Source: Bacteroidia bacterium (GTDB taxonomy: Bacteria; Bacteroidota; Bacteroidia; Cytophagales; Cyclobacteriaceae). From it: DNA of 54,277 bases. A program made the translations under genes and the position numbers. Shown one piece after another: positions 48,314-54,277 of the stretch. The notes under the pieces are model-generated. The model was not told the DNA's origin and ran no database searches. It saw only the letters and a program-made list of their open reading frames with translations. Every line of letters starts with the position of its first letter. The stretch's first letter is position 1. Where the stretch lies: NCBI GenBank assembly GCA_043750455.1, contig JAYVBN010000094.1, positions 1-54,277 of the forward strand. The letters run 5' to 3'.

Positions 48314-51046
48314 ATGAAAAAGTTTTTTTTCACACTCTTATTGCTCATTTCTTTTCCACTTGTGGCCTCGCATATTGTGGGTGGTGAGTTTGAATTGATT
48401 CATATTTCCGGTGATATGTATCGACTTAACCTTATTTATTATTTTGATAAAGTAAATGGCTTTAAAAATCCAAATGGAACGCAAAGTTTACCAGAACAAG
48501 TTGACCCTACACTTACAGCCAATATCTTTCGCAAATCCGATAACTCCTTTGTAAGATCTGTTTTATTGTCATTTCAAACCAAGACGAAAGTAGATTATAC
48601 TCAGTTGAAATGTTCTGATGATGGCTTGCAAACGGAACGTCTTTACTATACTACTTTAATTTCTCTGCCAGCCGATCAATACAATGATCCACTGGGTTAT
48701 TATGTATCATGGCAGAGATGTTGCAGGAATTATCAAATAGATAATATTAATAGCATCAATGTTACCCAGAATCCAAACTCTCCGCTTTATGCCGGCCAAA
48801 CATTTTATCTAGAATTTCCAGCGGTTGTGAAGAATGGGAAACCTTTCATCAATTCTTCTCCACGACTTTTTCCTCCGCTTAGTGATTATGCATGTCCAGG
48901 AAGATTTTACTATGTAGATTTTGCTGGTGTGGATGACGATGGAGACTCCTTACGTTATTCCATGGTCACGCCCCTCAACACTACGCAGCCTATTGCATAT
49001 CCAATCAGGAGCCCCGGGCCTTACCCCGATGTACTGTGGAAATCTGGTTTTAGCTTAGAACACATTATGCGAGGACTTCCAGATTTGAGCATATCAAATG
49101 AGGGCTTGTTAACAGTGACTCCAACCCTGCAAGGTCTTTTTGTTTTTGCTGTAAAGGTGGAAGAGTTCAGAGACAAATTGAAAATAGGAGAAAGCAGGCG
49201 CGATTTTCAAATGTTGGTTGCGGATAATTGTGCTCCGGCTTCTCCTCCAAAGATTGTAGGCAAGAAGTTGACCGATGCCACTTTTACGTATGACAACTTC
49301 ATGAGTGTAAGTTTTAACAACACGGTAGCGGATCAAGACCGTTGTATAATAGTTCGTGTCTCAGATCCTGACTCTGAAGTGACAGCAGATAATGTAGAAC
49401 AGATTCGGATTCGTGCGATTGGATTAAACTTTAAAGACAAAGATTTAAATGAGATACTGCCAACGGTTACCACCGATTTGTTGGTGGCTGGTGGCGTCAA
49501 AGAATTCAGAATATGTTTTCCTCAATGTCCTTATTTTATAGGGGGTCCTTATGAAGTGGGTATCATTGCCATGGATGACGCGTGCAGTCTTCCGTTGATG
49601 GATACATTGAAAGTTAGTGTGAATGTTGAGCCACCACCCAACGCGAACCCGTATTTCACAACCAATGTCAATACAATTATTTTGGTAAATGAAGGCGACA
49701 AAATAAGTTTCCCTTTTCAAATTAGGGATGATGATCTGGATACGTTATTAGTCTCACCTATGACCGAAGGTTTTTTATTGACCCCCGCAGGAATGAAATT
49801 TACTATTACCGATCAACAGAACGGATTGGTAAATGGTGTACTTAGTTGGAATGCCGACTGTGGCCTTTTTGATTTCACGAAGCGCACAAATTTTCAAATA
49901 AAAATACGTGTGGAGGATAAAGATCAATGTGAAGCAAATGAACCTGTATTTGCCGTCTATAACCTTACGGTAAAGTTACCTGGCAACGCTGATCCCGTTA
50001 TCGATACTGACCTCACGGGCGCAGTTAACGAGAGAAAAGTTTTGGGTCTTAAACGATATGTAGGCGAATCACTTTCCTTTACTGTTACAGGAAGGGATCT
50101 GGTGGATAATGATTTTCTGAGCCTGACCGGTGTGGGGAAGGGTTTTAGTTTGAGTGATTACGGCATTTCATTTTCACCTACTAGTGGAAATGGTACCGTT
50201 CAATCAAAATTTCAATGGGCTGTGAGCTGTGCTGATTTTACCAAATTTTCAAATGATAAAGTGGAATCTTTGAGTTTTCAATTTATTGTGGTGGACAATT
50301 CCAACAAGTGTAGATTATATAAAGCGGATACGGTAGATGTATCAGTAAAAATTTTTCCGCCTACTAATTCTGCTCCAGCCTTGCTGGTGAATAGTCTTAA
50401 TCCGAATTTAAAATTGATCAACAATCAACTTGATGTCACCTTAGGCCAGCAAATATCTCTTGGACTGCAGGGAGTTGATGCAGACATTTCGCCATCAAAG
50501 GATGTATTAAAACTAACGTTATTAAAAGCGGAGGGCAATGTGCCGCTGGAGGGTTTTGCGTTTACGCCAGTTGAAGGAAAAAGCCCCATTGAGACCACCT
50601 GGGTGTGGAACCCCGACTGTGCTATTTTTCAGAATGGCGTTTATGAAAATGACTACACACTCACATTTCGAATAGCAGACGATCGATGTTTTACGGCAAC
50701 AGCTGATACAGTCCAGATTAATATTAAAGTTCGTGACGTTGACGGTACAGATGAATTTTTCACTCCCATCAATTTCTTTTCGCCTAATGACGATGGATTC
50801 AACGATTATTATTCAATGGACATTAAAGATAAGAACACAGGTGAGCTTCAAAACGTATTACCGTTAGATAATTGTGTAGCACAATTTCAGGGTGTACGGA
50901 TTTATAACCGATGGGGCAATCAGGTTTTCGAAAGTGTTGAGCGGAATTTTCGATGGTATGCAAAAGGTGAGTCTGCCGGTGTTTATTATTATGTAATCAA
51001 ATACACGTACAAGGAGTATAAAGGATCTCTTTCTATTCGAGATTAA
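48314..51046 (+). CDS. T9SS cargo protein with type B (gliding motility-associated) C-terminal sorting domain
   Basis: Signal peptide then SHIVGGE, QRCCRN, Ig-like repeats, FSPNDDGFND...IYNRWG...GVYYY; start at ATG 48314. Confidence 0.88.
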   Translation: MKKFFFTLLLLISFPLVASHIVGGEFELIHISGDMYRLNLIYYFDKVNGFKNPNGTQSLPEQVDPTLTANIFRKSDNSFVRSVLLSFQTKTKVDYTQLKCSDDGLQTERLYYTTLISLPADQYNDPLGYYVSWQRCCRNYQIDNINSINVTQNPNSPLYAGQTFYLEFPAVVKNGKPFINSSPRLFPPLSDYACPGRFYYVDFAGVDDDGDSLRYSMVTPLNTTQPIAYPIRSPGPYPDVLWKSGFSLEHIMRGLPDLSISNEGLLTVTPTLQGLFVFAVKVEEFRDKLKIGESRRDFQMLVADNCAPASPPKIVGKKLTDATFTYDNFMSVSFNNTVADQDRCIIVRVSDPDSEVTADNVEQIRIRAIGLNFKDKDLNEILPTVTTDLLVAGGVKEFRICFPQCPYFIGGPYEVGIIAMDDACSLPLMDTLKVSVNVEPPPNANPYFTTNVNTIILVNEGDKISFPFQIRDDDLDTLLVSPMTEGFLLTPAGMKFTITDQQNGLVNGVLSWNADCGLFDFTKRTNFQIKIRVEDKDQCEANEPVFAVYNLTVKLPGNADPVIDTDLTGAVNERKVLGLKRYVGESLSFTVTGRDLVDNDFLSLTGVGKGFSLSDYGISFSPTSGNGTVQSKFQWAVSCADFTKFSNDKVESLSFQFIVVDNSNKCRLYKADTVDVSVKIFPPTNSAPALLVNSLNPNLKLINNQLDVTLGQQISLGLQGVDADISPSKDVLKLTLLKAEGNVPLEGFAFTPVEGKSPIETTWVWNPDCAIFQNGVYENDYTLTFRIADDRCFTATADTVQINIKVRDVDGTDEFFTPINFFSPNDDGFNDYYSMDIKDKNTGELQNVLPLDNCVAQFQGVRIYNRWGNQVFESVERNFRWYAKGESAGVYYYVIKYTYKEYKGSLSIRD

Positions 51047-51106
51047 CTACCAGCCTGGCCTTGGCAAAAGTGTTTTTACAACATGTGCGTTGAAAAGATA
51101 TGTTGA

Positions 51107-51850
51107 TCAAAGCTGCACGGGCAACAACGAGCTCTCTTTTATAAACACCTCTTTATCTTTCCAACTCACTTTTATCCACACATCGTTTTGGCCAAGGATT
51201 TTGAGTTGATGACCTTCACTGATTATGTCTATTACAGAAGACCCTGCCGATGGGCCGCTCATCAGGTAAGTAGAGGATTCGGAGACAATGCCAACTTTCT
51301 GGAAGTCATCAACCTGGTTATGTACAAAAAGCAGGGTAAGGAAAAAGAATACGCCAATGGCGGGTACTAGTGGTTTTTTTTGTTGCTTGATTTTTTGGTA
51401 GAACATTAGCGCGAAAAAAAATAGAATGATTGAAAGCAGGAACACCGTAATTTGAAATGAGTGCCGTTGAAGCAAAGTAAACAGATTGCTAAAATCAGAA
51501 AGCTGATATCCTTCTAATCTATTTTTGGATGCTATTTCCTCCATTTTACTCAAGGCTTGCTCATCATGTGAGGCCATGTAGTATAAATTGAGATAGTACA
51601 ATGACATGCTGGTATGGCCGAGACCCTCCTGGCAGTAGGCCATTTTAAGGAGCATTGCAGATGAATAATACTTCTCCTTTAGAAGAGAAGAATAGTGTTC
51701 AAAAGACTGTGTGTACAGCTTGGCCTGAAAAAGTGAATCGGCTTTCTTTAGGGCGGTAGGATGTGATTGTGCCTGGGCGTTGATAACGATAAGTCCAAGC
51801 AATACAGAGATGAAGATTTTTTTTAAAAACCGAGTTTGTATTATTTTCAT
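51107..51850 (-). CDS. BatE-like protein (TPR-like N-terminus, two TM helices, SH3-like C-terminus)
   Basis: ADSLF..Y helical repeat, TM pair, LMSGPS...EGHQLKILGQNDVWIKV. Confidence 0.65.
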   Translation of the reverse strand: MKIIQTRFLKKIFISVLLGLIVINAQAQSHPTALKKADSLFQAKLYTQSFEHYSSLLKEKYYSSAMLLKMAYCQEGLGHTSMSLYYLNLYYMASHDEQALSKMEEIASKNRLEGYQLSDFSNLFTLLQRHSFQITVFLLSIILFFFALMFYQKIKQQKKPLVPAIGVFFFLTLLFVHNQVDDFQKVGIVSESSTYLMSGPSAGSSVIDIISEGHQLKILGQNDVWIKVSWKDKEVFIKESSLLPVQL

Positions 51851-51865
51851 ATCCTGCTACCTTTG
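51835..51865 (+). promoter_or_regulatory. Consensus Bacteroidota primary-sigma promoter for tRNA-Lys
   Basis: TTTG (51835-51838), N19, TACCTTTG (51858-51865). Confidence 0.75.
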
Positions 51866-51958
51866 CGACCTCAATTACGGAAAAGCTGCGTAAATCGGCA
51901 AATTCGCTAGTCGAGAAAACAGAAAGCACCTATGCCACAAAAGCAATGGTGGTATAAA

Positions 51959-52031
51959 GGTCTCGTAGCTCAGCTGGTAGAGCAATACACTTTTAATGTA
52001 TGGGTCCTGGGTTCGAATCCCAGCGGGGCCA
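51959..52031 (+). tRNA. tRNA-Lys(TTT)
   Basis: Acceptor GGTCTCG/CGGGGCC, D arm GCTCAGCTGGTAGAGC, anticodon arm ATACA-CTTTTAA-TGTAT, T arm GGTTCGAATCC; CCA not encoded. Confidence 0.96.
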
Positions 52032-52036
52032 CAACG

Positions 52037-52068
52037 AAGCTTCAGATTGGAAAATCTGAGGCTTTTTT
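52037..52068 (+). terminator. Terminator after tRNA-Lys
   Basis: AAGCTTCAGATT-GGAA-AATCTGAGGCTT followed by a T run. Confidence 0.85.
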
Positions 52069-52282
52069 ATTTTCGTTTTAACACGGATTGCAAAAATCTA
52101 ACAATAGGTATCAATGAGTATCACGAAAAGTTAGGTTCCAAGCTGGAATTAAATCTTTTTTAATGCGATGATACTCATGTGATCCACCTGGGATCACATT
52201 TTTAAGAAGGGAAAAACTGAACCTGGATTATAAGAAGCCAATTGAGAGAATTACAACCTTTATTGGAATTGAACAGAAGTAG

Positions 52283-53050
52283 CTATCGCATCGAACAGGC
52301 TAGCATGCAAATATTTTTCTCGAAAACTATCAGATCGGTGATGTTATAGAAAGTAACATCGTTTTCATCAATGATCATGCTACGATTGTAACCTTTAATT
52401 TTGAATATTTTACTTTCGAGAGTTTCACTAATTTTCACACTGTCATTATTACAACCACCAGAATAAACAATTGTTGTAACATCGGTGTTATAATTTGGAA
52501 ATCCAATTGCAATTATAATCGTACTTGTTTGATCTTTAAAATGATCATAGCGTGTATAAACTTGTGGAACGTTTGCATTGTAAATGAAATTATGAATATC
52601 TCTTATTGAAAATAGTTCACATGAAGTAAAAAAAGATAAAGGTGTAGTATTCTTCATTAATAAATCAAATGATGCTTGTTTTGCATAAAAAAGATTCCCG
52701 AACTTTTCCGAAGTGAATTCATATTTATTATTGTTGATCAAAATGTTTTTACCATCAAAAGTGTAAGGTAAGGTTTTAGTTGATATTGGTCTAGTACAAC
52801 ATGTGCTTGAAATTTCATTTACAGGATCGTATTGTCAACTTCTAACTGGAACAGGGTAAGAATACATAGAATCTATTTTTACAACATCTTTTTGGAAGAC
52901 GTATTGTGCAAGTACAAAAGTGTAATCCAAGTACGTGTCAATGTAATAAGCTGTTGACAATTTAGCCACCGGCATTTTAGGTATCTCAGTTTTTTCAGTA
53001 CAGGAAAAAAGTAAAAAAAGCAATTCGGTAGGCAAAAGGAATTTTTTCAT
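52283..53050 (-). pseudogene. Putative lipoprotein gene interrupted by one in-frame TGA (52835-52837)
   Basis: ORFs 52835..53050 and 52283..52741 share a frame; the 31 codons between them are open; MKK..LFSC lipobox. Confidence 0.65.
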
Positions 53051-53214
53051 CTTTTTTGATGAATGAGTCTAAATGCGATGTAATGTAAAAAGAAGATAAT
53101 AAAGTGATCAGGTACTTTGAGATCATTGCGAACAATGTGTTCAAGAATCGTTGCATAAACTTATTGTTCTAGCTGAGGAGAAAGGAATGAACGTAGCGAT
53201 CCTTCCAAATGTAG

Positions 53215-53485
53215 TTGACAGTATGGGAATATGGCCATTTTGGAAAAGTGGATGCAGTAATTTTTTGTACAAGGTTCAAGTCTTCACTTGGACATTTGTC
53301 TGCTCTCGATGTAATTACTAACGAAGGCCGGGTCGAGACGGAAGAAACAAAGGCAAAGACTATGCGGGGTCTTTGGCTTGTAGGGTGGAAACTGGACAGG
53401 TTTTGCTTCTGCTACCTTAATTGGCGTAGGAAGAAGCGCCAGACAAACGGTTGAGGAAATCAAATCTTTTATGGAAGGGTTATAA
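53215..53485 (+). pseudogene. 3' remnant of an ArsO-like flavin-containing monooxygenase gene
   Basis: VDAVIFCTRF..LGHL..GLWLVG, frameshift at 53386, then [26 protein letters not shown]. Confidence 0.75.
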
Positions 53486-53666
53486 ACCTGCTGGGTCACA
53501 TATTCAATTTTATAAGTTTAAAACTAGGAAAGCCACTCAAGACCCTAAATCGCAGTGACTTTGTTCTGAAATTTCTCTAATTGTAGATTCAACTGATTTT
53601 CGAACCGAATTTCTAAAATCTGAATTTTTCGCTTAGCATTACTGTTGTTTACTCCAAATCAATATT

Positions 53667-54277
53667 ATGGCTGAACAAATTCCACAGGCCTTTATTCGCA
53701 AAGACTTGCTTGATCGCCTGCTTAAAGAGGGTACCGTTCGTTCATTTGCTCCGGATTCAGTGATGATCGAGGAACATGATTATATTAAGAATGTACCCAT
53801 CGTTCTCAGCGGGTCTATCAAAGTGTTCAAACTGGATGAGGATGGTAAGGAGCTTTTACTCTATTATATAAAGCCCGGTGAAAGTTGCGTCATGTCCTTT
53901 CTTGGAGCAGCCTGTAATGGCACTAGCAAGATCAGAGCTGTGGTGGAAGAACAAGCTGAGGTATTGATTTTACCGGTGCATAAAGCCATAGATTTGATAC
54001 GCGATAATCCAGCCTGGCTTGAATTTATTTTTCAATTGTATAATAAACGGTTTGAAGAGTTGTTGGCTGTTGTGAACGCAGTTGTTTTTCAAAAAGTGGA
54101 TGACCGACTATGGGAGTTTCTGAAAACGAAAGTAAAAATGCTTCATACATCAGAATTGGAAATTACTCACCAGCAAGTAGCAGATGAATTAGGAACCGCC
54201 CGTGAAGTTGTTTCCCGCTTGCTAAAACAACTCGAAAGAAATAATAAGATTATCCTTTCCAGAAATAAAATCAAGGT
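53667..54277 (+). CDS. Crp/Fnr family transcriptional regulator (runs off window)
   Basis: Manual translation MAEQIPQ...VLSGSIKV...YYIKPGESC...ITHQQVADELGTAREVVSRLLKQLE. Confidence 0.92.
   Translation, partial: MAEQIPQAFIRKDLLDRLLKEGTVRSFAPDSVMIEEHDYIKNVPIVLSGSIKVFKLDEDGKELLLYYIKPGESCVMSFLGAACNGTSKIRAVVEEQAEVLILPVHKAIDLIRDNPAWLEFIFQLYNKRFEELLAVVNAVVFQKVDDRLWEFLKTKVKMLHTSELEITHQQVADELGTAREVVSRLLKQLERNNKIILSRNKIK

Noticed and set aside
52177-52199. ATGTGATCC-N5-GGATCACAT palindrome as a Crp site
   Set aside because: TGTGA/TCACA spacing is 11 rather than 6 and it is far from the Crp/Fnr gene; role unassigned
52835-52837. Selenocysteine recoding of the in-frame TGA
   Set aside because: No convincing SECIS hairpin just downstream, no redox motif at the site and no sel genes in view
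53284-53499. 71-aa minus-strand ORF and the many other short antisense ORFs in the track
   Set aside because: Shadows of well-supported genes or pseudogenes on the opposite strand or frame
51959-53500. Integrative element or prophage at tRNA-Lys
   Set aside because: No integrase and no duplicated tRNA 3' end were seen in the window; only decayed genes

Overview
Chromosomal window of an AT-rich Bacteroidota bacterium, probably Cytophagales (TTTG-N19-TAnnTTTG promoters, a T9SS cargo gene, DUF1573/DUF1080 genes). Content in order: mazG; an OmpR-family two-component pair; carbohydrate and periplasmic genes; an alkylation-repair cluster (ada-like, 2OG-Fe(II) oxygenase, alkA) interrupted by a GMC oxidoreductase block; the full ilv/leu pathway; a dinB-[RAYT]-recQ-dnaE2 damage-tolerance locus; sulfatase, rlmD, a T9SS protein and tRNA-Lys; then a decayed accessory patch and a partial Crp/Fnr gene. 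No CRISPR array, prophage or integrase was seen. The most interesting signals are missing from the ORF track. (1) A candidate split Ada system: a frameshifted stand-alone Ada metal-binding-domain gene lacking the Cys38 methyl acceptor, a sensor-less AraC-HTH/O6-methyltransferase, and an identical 15-bp box at identical promoter spacing upstream of two repair transcripts. (2) A RAYT transposase with perfect palindromic REPs on both sides and one in frame inside its own ORF. (3) Leader-peptide attenuators for ilv and leu. (4) Heptamer-repeat hairpins filling ilv/leu spacers. (5) A palindromic element inserted in frame in rlmD. (6) Candidate SOS and response-regulator boxes. All family calls come from motif recognition by eye; no database search was run.
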